A stretch of 30,637 nucleotides of DNA from Opitutia bacterium (GTDB lineage Bacteria > Verrucomicrobiota > Verrucomicrobiia > Opitutales > T3Sed10-336). Under the pieces are notes generated by a model. That model saw only the letters and a program-made list of their open reading frames with translations. It had not been told where the DNA came from and searched no databases. The position numbers and the translations under genes were made by a program. How positions within the stretch are numbered: position 1 is the stretch's first letter; the number at the start of each line of letters is the position of its first letter. The stretch covers positions 1 through 30,637 of the forward strand of contig JBJHCF010000052.1 of NCBI GenBank assembly GCA_050506795.1. The letters are read 5' to 3'. This document shows positions 7,858 to 17,088 of the stretch, piece by piece.

Positions 7858-10368
7858 ATGAACATCCTCATGCGATATATCCGCCAATTGATCCTCCTTG
7901 TTTCTTTCTTGCTCCCCGCACTTTGGGTGTCGGCCGAGGAGGAAATCCGGCGTTTCGAGTTTCACGACCAACCGGCTCTTCCCGTCGAAATCCGGGATTT
8001 CTTTCTCGGGGTCCACAACGACACCCTGATTGTGGTCGGTGGCACGGAGATGGACGGCTCGTTCAGCGAGCATGCGTACATCCTCGAAGCGGAGGCCGAG
8101 GAATGGGTCCGTATCGATACGATCCATACGTTGCAACCGGTGGAGGATGATCCGGAGGCGATGGAGTGGAGACCCTCGGAGGCTTTTCTCCCGGGCCGTT
8201 CGGGAGGATCCGTCGCGATATCCGGCGACGGAGTGTTGCTCCTCGGCGGGGTGACGGAGGAGGGGACCACGGACGAAGTGCTCCTTCTTGCGTTCGAGGA
8301 GGAGCAGTTGCGCATGGAGGCGCGGCCGGCATTGCCGTTTCCCGTCGCCCGGCCGGCCACGACGGCGCGGGACGGTTTGGTCTACGTGGCGGGGCGGGCG
8401 CCGGGCTCAACGACAACCGAGGTTTTCGTCCTCGAACGAGACAATCTGGATTCGGGCTGGAGGGTGGTTCCCGAACCTCCGGTGGAAGTCGGCGAAAACC
8501 CCGTGCTCGCGTCGCTGTCACATTGGATCTACCTGCTCGGCCCGGAAGGCTCGGCAAGCTACATCCCGCGAGACGGTTGGCGGTCGTTGCCGGTCCCTCC
8601 CTGGTGGCCCGTTGATCCGGGTGCGTCTTCGTTCGGCGTCGGGCACGTTTTTGTGCTCGGAACCCCTCCGGACGGGGATCCGGGGATGCTCCTTTACCAC
8701 ACTCATACCGGTACCTGGGTCCAGACGCGCGAAGCACCCTGGCGGTATGATTCTCCTCGTGTGGTTGTTCGAGATGGTGATATTACAATTGTCGATCAGA
8801 CTGCGACCGCCTCGGTGGAGGTCCTGTCCGTCAGCCCGGGTATCGGGATCCTGGACAGTCTGATGATCGCCATCTACCTCTGCGGCATGGTGGCGATGGG
8901 ATTCTACTTCATCCGTCGCGGTCGCAACGCGGCCGGCTACTTTCGTGGGGGAAACCGTATCCCGTGGTGGGCGGTGGGCATGAGTCTTTTCGCGACCGGG
9001 GCGAGTGCGATCAGCCTGATGTCGATGCCATGGAAGGGGTATTCGGAGAATTTGACCTATCTGGGAATCAGCCTCTACGCGCTCATTGCGCTCCCTCTTG
9101 CTATCTTTATTATCGCCCCGCTCGTCCGTCGCCTGGCGATCGTCACTCCAGGCCACTACATGGAGCGCCGCTTTGGGCTCGGGGCGCGGATGATCGCGGC
9201 CAGCATTTTCTGTTTTACGCAAATTGGCGCGCGCATGGGAGCGATCCTGCTCCTGCCGTCGATCGCCATTTCCGCCGTAACGGGAATTCCGATCCACTAC
9301 TGCATCATTGTCATGGGCATCGTCACCACGGTTTACACCTACGTCGGTGGTCTGGGTGCGGTGGTCTGGACCGACACCGTGCAGGGATTTGTGATGGTGG
9401 CCGCGGTGATCGGATGCCTTGTTCTGGCAATCGTCCGTATCGACACTCCCCCGGCGGACGCCTGGGAGGCGATCGTTGCGTTCGAACGCCACATCATGTT
9501 CGACTTCCGGTGGGACCTCACCTACCCGACCGCGTACCTGCTTTTTATTACCACGGTGGTGGGCACCCTGATGGGGATCAGTGACCAGAATTTCGTCCAG
9601 CGGGTTCAGGCGACACCGAACCTGAAACAGACGCGAATCGCCGTCGCAACCCAGCTCGGAGTCGCGATCCCGATCAACATCCTGCTCTTTAGTCTCGGAC
9701 TCGTGCTTTTCCTCTTTTACCGCGAACGCCCCGAACAGCTCGACCCGACCATGGCTACGGACGGGATCTTTCCATTCTTCGTCGCCCAGGAGTTTCCCGT
9801 CGGATTGTCGGGCCTGGTTATCGCGGCCCTGATGGCCGCGACGATGTCGACGATTTCCAGCAGTATCTGCGCGACGGCGAACGTGGCGACGGAGGACTTT
9901 TTTCGGCGATTCAAACCCGGAATGAGCGAGCGCCAGACGGTGGTGCTTGGTCGGTTCCTGACGGCTATCGTTGGTATTTCAGGCACCCTGATCGCGCTTT
10001 ACCTCTCACAGGTGGACGTCGGATCGATTTGGGATCTGGCGCAAATGGTCATCAACGTGATCGCGAACGGGATCGTCGGTTTGTTCGCTCTCGCCCTGTT
10101 GACCCGCCGTGCTCACCAGGTCGGCGCGATCCTCGGGGTTGTCTGCGGCTACGTGACGATCTATCTTTTCAGCGCCCATACCGACATTTCCTTCTGGGCC
10201 TACTCCTTTATAGGTACGATCGTGACGTTCGTCAGCGGGTATTTCCTGAGTGTTGTCATTCCCGCGAAAACCAAGGACACTACGGGGTTGACGGTGTACT
10301 CGCTCGGCGAGGCGCGCCCGGAAAGCGAGGAGGCCGCCCAGCATGTGGGCCTCAAGAAGGTCGATTGA
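7858..10368 (+). CDS. Sodium:solute symporter fused to an N-terminal Kelch-type beta-propeller
   Basis: Signal peptide, then GG-containing Kelch-like repeats (LIVVGGT, LLLGGV, VYVAGR), then the SSS domain (YFRGGNRIPWWAVGMSLFAT, YTYVGGLGAVVWTD, DQNFVQR, AATMSTISS). Start placed at ATG 7858. Confidence 0.88.
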   Translation: MNILMRYIRQLILLVSFLLPALWVSAEEEIRRFEFHDQPALPVEIRDFFLGVHNDTLIVVGGTEMDGSFSEHAYILEAEAEEWVRIDTIHTLQPVEDDPEAMEWRPSEAFLPGRSGGSVAISGDGVLLLGGVTEEGTTDEVLLLAFEEEQLRMEARPALPFPVARPATTARDGLVYVAGRAPGSTTTEVFVLERDNLDSGWRVVPEPPVEVGENPVLASLSHWIYLLGPEGSASYIPRDGWRSLPVPPWWPVDPGASSFGVGHVFVLGTPPDGDPGMLLYHTHTGTWVQTREAPWRYDSPRVVVRDGDITIVDQTATASVEVLSVSPGIGILDSLMIAIYLCGMVAMGFYFIRRGRNAAGYFRGGNRIPWWAVGMSLFATGASAISLMSMPWKGYSENLTYLGISLYALIALPLAIFIIAPLVRRLAIVTPGHYMERRFGLGARMIAASIFCFTQIGARMGAILLLPSIAISAVTGIPIHYCIIVMGIVTTVYTYVGGLGAVVWTDTVQGFVMVAAVIGCLVLAIVRIDTPPADAWEAIVAFERHIMFDFRWDLTYPTAYLLFITTVVGTLMGISDQNFVQRVQATPNLKQTRIAVATQLGVAIPINILLFSLGLVLFLFYRERPEQLDPTMATDGIFPFFVAQEFPVGLSGLVIAALMAATMSTISSSICATANVATEDFFRRFKPGMSERQTVVLGRFLTAIVGISGTLIALYLSQVDVGSIWDLAQMVINVIANGIVGLFALALLTRRAHQVGAILGVVCGYVTIYLFSAHTDISFWAYSFIGTIVTFVSGYFLSVVIPAKTKDTTGLTVYSLGEARPESEEAAQHVGLKKVD

Positions 10369-10407
10369 GCTGTCGAGGCTTTCGCCGAAATGGAGTTTGG
10401 CAATGAT

Positions 10408-11241
10408 CTAATCATGCCGCCTGGGATTGTGGCGGTAGACGAGGTGGTACACCAGGGTTACCATGAACGTGCCTCCGACGATATTGCCCAGCGTCACCAC
10501 GAGGAGATTTGCCAGGAAGGCTCCAATGGTGATTGCTTCGGTTCCGGGAATATCGATTTCGGGATACACAAGCATCGTCACCATGGCCCGTGGCAGGAAG
10601 TAGAGGGTCGCGAGTACGTGCTCCAACTCGAGCGCGCCGAGAGCGGAAAGCGGCAGGATCATGGATATCACCTTGTCCGAGACGCTCTTTCCTGCCATGG
10701 CGATCCAGACTGATATGCAGACGAAAAGGTTGCCGAGTATCGCCAGGAAAAATACCTGGGTAAGAGGTAGAGAAATTTTTTTCACGGCGATTTCCAGCGC
10801 CGCTTTCCCCAATAATTGATCGTAATGGACGGGGAGTCCGGAAAAGACGAAAAGCAGGATTAAGCCCAGGGCGCCGATTCCGTTGGCCATAAGAATCAGG
10901 TTCCAGTGACGCAGGAGCTGCCAGGTGGAAATTTTTCTGGCGGCCCAGGTCATCGCCAGCAGGTTGTTGCTGGTGAAAACCTCCGCTCCAGAGAGAATCG
11001 CCACCACGTATCCGATCGCGAAAGCGAACCCAGCCAGGATACGGACCGCGGCAAAGGACATTTCCGAGTCCGCAAGTACCATGGTGGAGTAGAGCCCGCC
11101 GAGGCCGACAAACCCTCCGGCAAGGATGCCCAGCATAAGGCTTTCGATAAAAGGAGCCGTGGCTTTGGCGACACCAATGTTCTCCACTCTTCGTGCCACT
11201 TCCCGGGGGGAATAAGCCTCGGAACCGTAAATATATGCCAT
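10408..11241 (-). CDS. Formate/nitrite transporter (FNT) family channel
   Basis: GILAGGFVGLG, GAEVFTSN, ILGNLFVCISVW, EH, LGNIVGG motifs. ATG at 11241 preferred over the longer ORF. Confidence 0.85.
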   Translation of the reverse strand: MAYIYGSEAYSPREVARRVENIGVAKATAPFIESLMLGILAGGFVGLGGLYSTMVLADSEMSFAAVRILAGFAFAIGYVVAILSGAEVFTSNNLLAMTWAARKISTWQLLRHWNLILMANGIGALGLILLFVFSGLPVHYDQLLGKAALEIAVKKISLPLTQVFFLAILGNLFVCISVWIAMAGKSVSDKVISMILPLSALGALELEHVLATLYFLPRAMVTMLVYPEIDIPGTEAITIGAFLANLLVVTLGNIVGGTFMVTLVYHLVYRHNPRRHD

Positions 11242-11441
11242 GGGTTCTAGTATAACAAAAACGCTCTCGCCGGCGAGGAAATTACCCAATGTCATTAGGT
11301 ATGGCTTGAGGTGCGACGCCCGCTTCAAGCCGAAGCCGGAAATTCACAACATCGTTTGGACGGGCTGTTGCCGGGTTGACCTTTCCCGGCGGGAACGGAT
11401 TATATCCGGGTTGTCGGCAATTCAGGAAATTTACCAGTTTG

Positions 11442-12458
11442 GTGTTGAAGGGCTTTATCCATAGGAACGGTTTTTTAATAGGTTTGGTTTTGGCCGTGGG
11501 GGCCGCCTGGCTTTGGCCGGAGGTTGCGTCGGATGAAGGCCCCGTGGGGGGAGTCTGGATACGTTCGACGGGAGTGTTTGTAATTTTTTTCCTCCAGGGC
11601 CTCGGCCTGTCGGTTCAGGCGTTGTATCGAGGGGTTTTCGATTTCCGTCTTCATATCTGTTCGCAGCTCTCCATTTTTGTGCTGAGCCCGTTCTTGATGC
11701 TCTTGTTGCTGACCCTGGGAGCCTCGGTGCTCACTGACCCGGCGCTTCGGACCGGCTTCATTTACCTGGCTGTGCTTCCCACGACCGTGGCCACGGCAGC
11801 GGCGCTCACTTCCCTGGCCGGAGGAAATGTGATCGGCGCCCTGTTTAACGCGACCTTATCCAACGTGGCCGGGGTGTTTCTGGTTCCGCTCGTGGTGTTC
11901 GCCTTCTTGATCGTGGGTAACGGGACTTCGCTCTCATTCATTCAGGGTTTATCCGGAGTGGTCCAGCTCATCCTGTTGCCGTTGTTCTGTGGCGTGTTTC
12001 TCAGGCGTTGGTTTGGAGACTGGGCCTTGCGAAGAAAGGTCGCTTTGCGGCGCGCCACTTCGGGTATCATTCTATTTCTGGTCTACGCCGCGTTTTGTCA
12101 GAGTTTTTTGGATGCGGTTTGGGCGGAGGTGTCGCGGGGGGAACTGACGACGGCCCTGGCGGGCACGGCTCTTTTTCTGGGGATCCTCACCTGCGGCACC
12201 TGGGGTTTGGGCAGGGCTTTCCGGCTGCCGCCGGATTCCCAGGTGAGTGCTTTGTTTTGCGGATCGCAAAAAACTCTGGTGGCCGGCCTTCCTATGGCGG
12301 TGTCGCTCTTCGGGGCTTCGGGCGCGGGTTCCCCGGAACTGAGTCTGATCCTGATTCCGCTTCTGTGTTATCACACGCTCCAATTACTGCTGGCCGGTTG
12401 GCTCGTTCCCCGGATGGACACCTGGCGCCGCCGGGAGGCGAGCGTTCAGCGGCGTTGA
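11442..12458 (+). CDS. Bile acid:sodium symporter family protein (YfeH/SBF-like)
   Basis: IFFLQGL, LPTTVATA, AGGNVIGALFNATLSN, FCGSQKTLVAGLPMA, PLLCYHTLQL. Start uncertain (GTG 11442 or TTG 11445). Confidence 0.88.
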   Translation: MLKGFIHRNGFLIGLVLAVGAAWLWPEVASDEGPVGGVWIRSTGVFVIFFLQGLGLSVQALYRGVFDFRLHICSQLSIFVLSPFLMLLLLTLGASVLTDPALRTGFIYLAVLPTTVATAAALTSLAGGNVIGALFNATLSNVAGVFLVPLVVFAFLIVGNGTSLSFIQGLSGVVQLILLPLFCGVFLRRWFGDWALRRKVALRRATSGIILFLVYAAFCQSFLDAVWAEVSRGELTTALAGTALFLGILTCGTWGLGRAFRLPPDSQVSALFCGSQKTLVAGLPMAVSLFGASGAGSPELSLILIPLLCYHTLQLLLAGWLVPRMDTWRRREASVQRR

Positions 12459-12463
12459 TTTTG

Positions 12464-12487
12464 GGCGTTCGCAAAGAACGTTTTTTT
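12464..12487 (+). terminator. Rho-independent terminator
   Basis: Short hairpin CGTTC-GCAAA-GAACG followed by T7, just after the symporter stop codon. Confidence 0.55.
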
Positions 12488-12509
12488 GAATGACTCGACG
12501 AAATCTAGA

Positions 12510-12542
12510 TTGACTCAGGCGAGATTGAGACCTAGTCTTAAT
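12510..12542 (+). promoter_or_regulatory. Sigma70 promoter with an overlapping Fur-box-like inverted repeat
   Basis: TTGACT (12510-15), 17-nt spacer, TAGTCT (12533-38). The 19-bp palindrome ATTGAGAC-CTA-GTCTTAAT (12524-12542, one mismatch) covers the -10, directly upstream of an iron ABC operon. Confidence 0.72.
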
Positions 12543-12569
12543 AACTTACTTTTTCCGGGAGACTATTTC

Positions 12570-13595
12570 ATGAGACTAGGAATTCAATTATCGGGTTCGG
12601 TTTGGCGGGGAATTGGAACGGCACTGTTGTCGTTCTTCGCATTTACGGTTGTGGTGCAGGCGCAGCCGCTGACGATTTATTCAGGCCGTTCCAATGCCTT
12701 GATTGATCCGTTGGTGCGCACGTTCCAGGAGGAGACGGGGATCGAAGTCGTGGTACGCTACGGTGGATCGGCGCAGCTGGCATTGGCGCTTCGACAGGAA
12801 GGCGCCCGCACTCGGGCCGATCTTTTCTGGGCTCAGGATTCCGGGGCATTGAGCGCGGTGGATAGCAGGGGGTTGTTTGCGACCCTGCCGGAGGACATTC
12901 TTGGGGGCCTGGACAACGCTTTCCGCAACTCCGCGGGCACCTGGGTGGGAACCAGCGCCCGAGCTCGCGTTCTGGCTTACGCACCGGATCGCGTCAACGA
13001 GGCGGACCTTCCTTCGGCGTTGGATGATCTCACGGCGGAACGCTGGCGCGGCCGGGTGGGGTGGGCGCCGACCAACGGTTCCTTTCAGACTTTTTTGACC
13101 GCCTTGCGCTCCTTGCGTGGGGAAGAGGAGACGACGGCTTGGCTGCGCGCCATGAGAACCAATCGGGCTCAGAATTATCCCAACAACTCGGCTCTGGTGC
13201 AGGCCATCGCTGCCGGCGAAATCGACCTCGCACTGACCAACCATTATTACTTGCTCCGTTTCAAGCAGCGCGATCCGCGGTTCCCGGTCGCCCAGACTTC
13301 GTTTGCCGATGGCGACCCGGGAAACCTGTTGATTGTGTCCGGTATTGGTGTCATGGAAGCCAGTTCCCGCAAAGCTGACGCGCACCGTTTCATTGAGTTC
13401 CTGCTTTCGGAAACCGCCCAGCGGTATTTTGTGGAGGAAACCTTTGAGGTTCCGGTGCTGGCTCACGAATCCGATGCGGCCGGTCATGATTGGCAAGCGG
13501 ACCGAGCCTCCGAGCGCGGACCGGAATTGGGCCGTGACGCATTGGAGGATCTGGAGGGGACTTTGACCATACTCCGGCGGCTCGACCTCCTTTGA
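12570..13595 (+). CDS. fbpA: Fe3+ ABC transporter substrate-binding protein (FbpA/FutA/SfuA family)
   Basis: Signal peptide, LTIYSGR, ADLFWAQD, GWAPTNGSFQ, NHYY iron-ligand tyrosines. Confidence 0.88.
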   Translation: MRLGIQLSGSVWRGIGTALLSFFAFTVVVQAQPLTIYSGRSNALIDPLVRTFQEETGIEVVVRYGGSAQLALALRQEGARTRADLFWAQDSGALSAVDSRGLFATLPEDILGGLDNAFRNSAGTWVGTSARARVLAYAPDRVNEADLPSALDDLTAERWRGRVGWAPTNGSFQTFLTALRSLRGEEETTAWLRAMRTNRAQNYPNNSALVQAIAAGEIDLALTNHYYLLRFKQRDPRFPVAQTSFADGDPGNLLIVSGIGVMEASSRKADAHRFIEFLLSETAQRYFVEETFEVPVLAHESDAAGHDWQADRASERGPELGRDALEDLEGTLTILRRLDLL

Positions 13596-15172
13596 TGGCG
13601 GTTTGGCTGAAATCGTGGCGTGAGCGACGGGCGCCATGGATGTTTGTTTTTCCCGCCGGACTGGTCGCGCTGGCGACGTTGGTGCCGCTCGCGTATTTGA
13701 TTCTCCAGGCACTTGATGCGGAGGGTCAGGCGTTGCGGGAAATCCTCTGGCGGCGGCGGAACCTGGTTCTTTTTTGGAACACATTGCGGCTGGTGGGGGG
13801 AGTCCTTCTGGTGGCGGCGGTGATCGCGTTCCCTTTGGCCTGGTTGACCGCGCGCACCCGTTTGCCCGGGCGTTGGCTGGTGACGATGGTGGGAGTTCTG
13901 CCGCTGGCTATTCCCGGTTACGTGATGGCCTACGCGCTTCTCGGATTGGGAGGAAATTACGGGGCACTGGCGCAATGGACCGGTTGGGCGCCGCCGCGGC
14001 TTTCGGGTTACTGGGGCGCTGTCTTTAGCATTGGGCTTTACACGTTTCCCTACCTCTTTCTCAACCTCCGGACGGCTCTCATGGGCATGGACCCGGCGCA
14101 GGAGGATGCCGCGCGCTGTCTCGGCGCCGGATCTTTGGAAACCTTTTTCCGGGTGACCCTTCCCCAACTGCGGCCGGCTATTCTGGCCGGGAGTCTGATT
14201 ATCGGGCTTTATGTGTTGGGAGACTTCGGTGCGGTGGCGCTGATGCGTTTCGAAACCTTCAGCCAGGCGATTTATACCCAGTACGCCCTGGCCTATGACG
14301 CGGTTTACGCTTCCTGGCTGGCGCTCCTGTTGCTGGTGTTTACCGGGGCGGTGCTCGTGATGGAGGCCCGCCTGCTGCGACGCACCCTTCTTCACAAGGT
14401 GGGAAGCGGCAACCGGGGGAAACTCGGGCTTCTGCGTCTCGGCTGGTGGGTGGTTCCGGCATGGCTTTTTATCGGATGCGTTTTCCTTGCGTCGGTGCTG
14501 GTGCCGGTGGCCACCATCGTGTCGTGGCTCTTCCAGTACCCGGAGGGCGTGCGCTGGGGCGATGCCTGGAGTGCTTTGGGAGGGTCGTTGTCGGCGTCGT
14601 TGCCGGCGGCGTTTATCTCAGGCGCCCTGGCATTGCCCATCGCCTATTTGGGGGTACGTTACCCCGCGCGAAGCACGCGGGTGCTGGAGCGATCCGCTTA
14701 CCTGGCCTACGCGACGCCGCCATTGGCGCTGGCGCTGGCCTTTACCCTCTTTACCTACCGCTTTTTGCCCGGGATCTACCAGACCCTCCCGCTGTTGATC
14801 GGCGTGTGTGCGCTGCGTTATATGGCGGAATCGGTCGGCCCCATCCGCAGCGCCTTGTACCAGGCTTCCCCGCGAATGGAGGAAGCCGCGCGGACTCTGG
14901 GATGCACTCCCCTGGCCGCTTTTTTTCGGGTGATTTTCCCCCTGGTGGTGAAAGGACTCGGGGTAGGGACCGCATTGGTTTTCCTGTCGGTGATGAAAGA
15001 ATTGCCGCTGACGTTTTTGTTGTCACCCCTGGGATTCGAAACGCTGGCCCTGAATGTCTGGAATTTTGCCAACGAAGCGATGTATGCCGAGGCGGCCCCA
15101 TACGCCTTGATGTTGCTCGTCATTTCGCTTTTATTCGTAGGCCTGTTACTGTTTCGTGAGAGATCGACATGA
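13595..15172 (+). CDS. fbpB: Fe3+ ABC transporter permease
   Basis: Two permease modules with EAA loops (QEDAARCLG, MEEAARTLG), PLAIPGYV, MKELPLT. Start overlaps the upstream stop (TGATG). Confidence 0.9.
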   Translation: MAVWLKSWRERRAPWMFVFPAGLVALATLVPLAYLILQALDAEGQALREILWRRRNLVLFWNTLRLVGGVLLVAAVIAFPLAWLTARTRLPGRWLVTMVGVLPLAIPGYVMAYALLGLGGNYGALAQWTGWAPPRLSGYWGAVFSIGLYTFPYLFLNLRTALMGMDPAQEDAARCLGAGSLETFFRVTLPQLRPAILAGSLIIGLYVLGDFGAVALMRFETFSQAIYTQYALAYDAVYASWLALLLLVFTGAVLVMEARLLRRTLLHKVGSGNRGKLGLLRLGWWVVPAWLFIGCVFLASVLVPVATIVSWLFQYPEGVRWGDAWSALGGSLSASLPAAFISGALALPIAYLGVRYPARSTRVLERSAYLAYATPPLALALAFTLFTYRFLPGIYQTLPLLIGVCALRYMAESVGPIRSALYQASPRMEEAARTLGCTPLAAFFRVIFPLVVKGLGVGTALVFLSVMKELPLTFLLSPLGFETLALNVWNFANEAMYAEAAPYALMLLVISLLFVGLLLFRERST

Positions 15173-16272
15173 TGGCGCCGCTTCTGGAAGTAAATAATTT
15201 GACCAAACGTTTCGACCGCCGCTTACCGCCGGTGGTAAACGACGTCAGTTTTGCGATTGAGCCGGGAGAAATATTTGCTCTGCTCGGTCCCAGCGGCTGC
15301 GGCAAGACGACTTCTCTGCGCATGGTTGCGGGATTGGAAACCGTGGATTCGGGTCGCATCCGCATGGGCGGAGTATTGCTGGAGGGGAATGGCAAACCGG
15401 TTCCGGCGGAAAACCGGGGGATCGGGTTTGTCTTTCAGGACTACGCGCTTTTTCCCCATATGACGGTCAATCGCAACGTGGGCTTCGGCCTGCGGCGTCT
15501 GCCGCGAGACGAGCGCCGTCGCAAGGTTCGGCGGGCCCTGGATCTGGTGGGCCTTAAGGCATCCGCCGAAGCTATGCCATTCGAGCTCTCCGGTGGTCAA
15601 CAGCAGCGGGTCGCACTCGCAAGGGCCCTGGTGGCCGAGCCGAAACTGATTCTCCTCGACGAACCTTTTTCCAACCTTGACGCCGTTCTCCGGGAATCGA
15701 CCCGGGTGGAGGTCCGCAATCTACTCAAGTCCACCGGAATGACCACGCTCCTGGTCACCCACGACCAGGAGGAGGCCTTGTCGTTCGCCGACCGGTTGGT
15801 GGTGATGAACGAAGGCCGAATCGAGCAGACCGGCACCCCGGAAGAGGTCTACAATCGCCCGCGCACCGCTTTTGTTTCCCGGTTTCTCGGCCGCACCAAC
15901 CTGATCGACGGCGAGGCCAAGGGTTGTATGGCGGAAACCGTGCTCGGGCGTATTCGGCTCGATCGAACGATCTGGGGACGGGTCCTGGTGTCCTTGCGAC
16001 CGGAACACCTGACCCTGCGCCCGTGGGACGAGCGGGCCAACCGGCCCCCGGGGGTGATCGTGGGGCGCGCCTTCAAAGGCCACGACATCACCTACCGCAT
16101 CCGCTTTCCGGACCGGGAATGGCTGGTGCACACCGACAACCGAACGCAGTTCCAAACGGGAGATCGCGCCCTCCTCGCCGCCCTGGAGCCGGGAGTGGTG
16201 CTGGATGACGCTCCTGATTCGGTGGCGCTGTACGCTTCTCCGGAACCAGCCGAAATCGCCGCCGGCGCCTGA
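15169..16272 (+). CDS. fbpC: Fe3+ ABC transporter ATP-binding protein
   Basis: Walker A GPSGCGKT, LSGGQQQR, LLDEPFSNLD, VTHDQEEA, TOBE-like C-terminus. Confidence 0.92.
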   Translation: MMAPLLEVNNLTKRFDRRLPPVVNDVSFAIEPGEIFALLGPSGCGKTTSLRMVAGLETVDSGRIRMGGVLLEGNGKPVPAENRGIGFVFQDYALFPHMTVNRNVGFGLRRLPRDERRRKVRRALDLVGLKASAEAMPFELSGGQQQRVALARALVAEPKLILLDEPFSNLDAVLRESTRVEVRNLLKSTGMTTLLVTHDQEEALSFADRLVVMNEGRIEQTGTPEEVYNRPRTAFVSRFLGRTNLIDGEAKGCMAETVLGRIRLDRTIWGRVLVSLRPEHLTLRPWDERANRPPGVIVGRAFKGHDITYRIRFPDREWLVHTDNRTQFQTGDRALLAALEPGVVLDDAPDSVALYASPEPAEIAAGA

Positions 16273-16340
16273 ACGCCACCAGCCGCCCCTTGCGGCAGCA
16301 GAGCATAGGGACTGAATCGCTGCTGTGCTTGAATCGATGT

Positions 16341-16378
16341 TATTTTGCCAGGCAAAATATAATTGACAGATTTGGTGT
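16341..16378 (+). repeat. Palindromic repeat copy 1
   Basis: TATTTTGCC-A-GGCAAAATA (16341-16359) followed by TAATTGACAGATTTGGTGT. Core is identical to the copies at 23939 and 29962. Confidence 0.9.
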
Positions 16379-16483
16379 TCCCGGGCGTCGTTTCAATCCG
16401 GCTTGGGTCGGAACTGCATTAACGAATTTGAGGCCTGACAGCCGCATAGCGGTCGGGATTAAGTGCCATTTCGGCACAATGGC

Positions 16484-17026
16484 TTATTCCGCGTGGCGGG
16501 CCAGCAACCAAAGGAGATCGGAAACCCGGTTGATGTATTGTCCGTGCAACGGAGGCGGGGCCATGCCGTGGTCTCGAAGATCCAGCAGCCGGCGCTCGGC
16601 CCGCCGCGCGGTGGTTCGTGCCAGGTCGAGGGCGGCGGCGGGGCGGTTGGCGCCGGGGAGCGCCCAGCCGGTGAATTTTAGGCCGCGCGCTTCCAGGCGT
16701 TCGATTGCAGCATCGACGCGATCCAGGGCGTTGATTTCGAGGCAGGGAAAACGCTCGCGATAACGGGCGCGGTCCGCCGGCTCGCAGGCGATTTCTCCCA
16801 TCAGGCCGATCAAATCCTCCTGAATTCGGGTCATGGTCCCCCGCACCCCTTCATCCTCCGAGCAAGCCTTGGCCCAACCCAGCACCGCATTGAGTTCGTC
16901 AATCGCTCCCACCGCTTCCAGTCGCGGGTCGTTTTTCGCCACCCGCGGTCCAAAAAGGAGGTCCGTGGTTCCGTCGTCTCCGCGGCGGGTGGTGATGGAA
17001 GGTGTGCTGCGCTTTTCTTCGGACAT
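16484..17026 (-). CDS. pduO: ATP:cob(I)alamin adenosyltransferase, PduO type
   Basis: ITTRRGDDGTTDL, GAIDELNAVLG, ARTTARRAER, YINRVSDLLWLLAR. ATG at 17026 gives 180 aa. Confidence 0.92.
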   Translation of the reverse strand: MSEEKRSTPSITTRRGDDGTTDLLFGPRVAKNDPRLEAVGAIDELNAVLGWAKACSEDEGVRGTMTRIQEDLIGLMGEIACEPADRARYRERFPCLEINALDRVDAAIERLEARGLKFTGWALPGANRPAAALDLARTTARRAERRLLDLRDHGMAPPPLHGQYINRVSDLLWLLARHAE

Positions 17027-17088
17027 ACAACGGTCACGATGCACCCGCGGGTGTCTGCTTGTCGAGCGCTTACACCCGGCCGATCGTT

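Noticed and set aside
13578..13592. CGGCTCGACCTCCT resembling the motif upstream of the RAYT gene (29912)
   Set aside because: It lies inside the fbpA coding sequence, and a short match is expected by chance.
17027..17088. Possible cobalamin riboswitch upstream of pduO
   Set aside because: The gap is only about 60 nt and no B12-box motif is recognisable.
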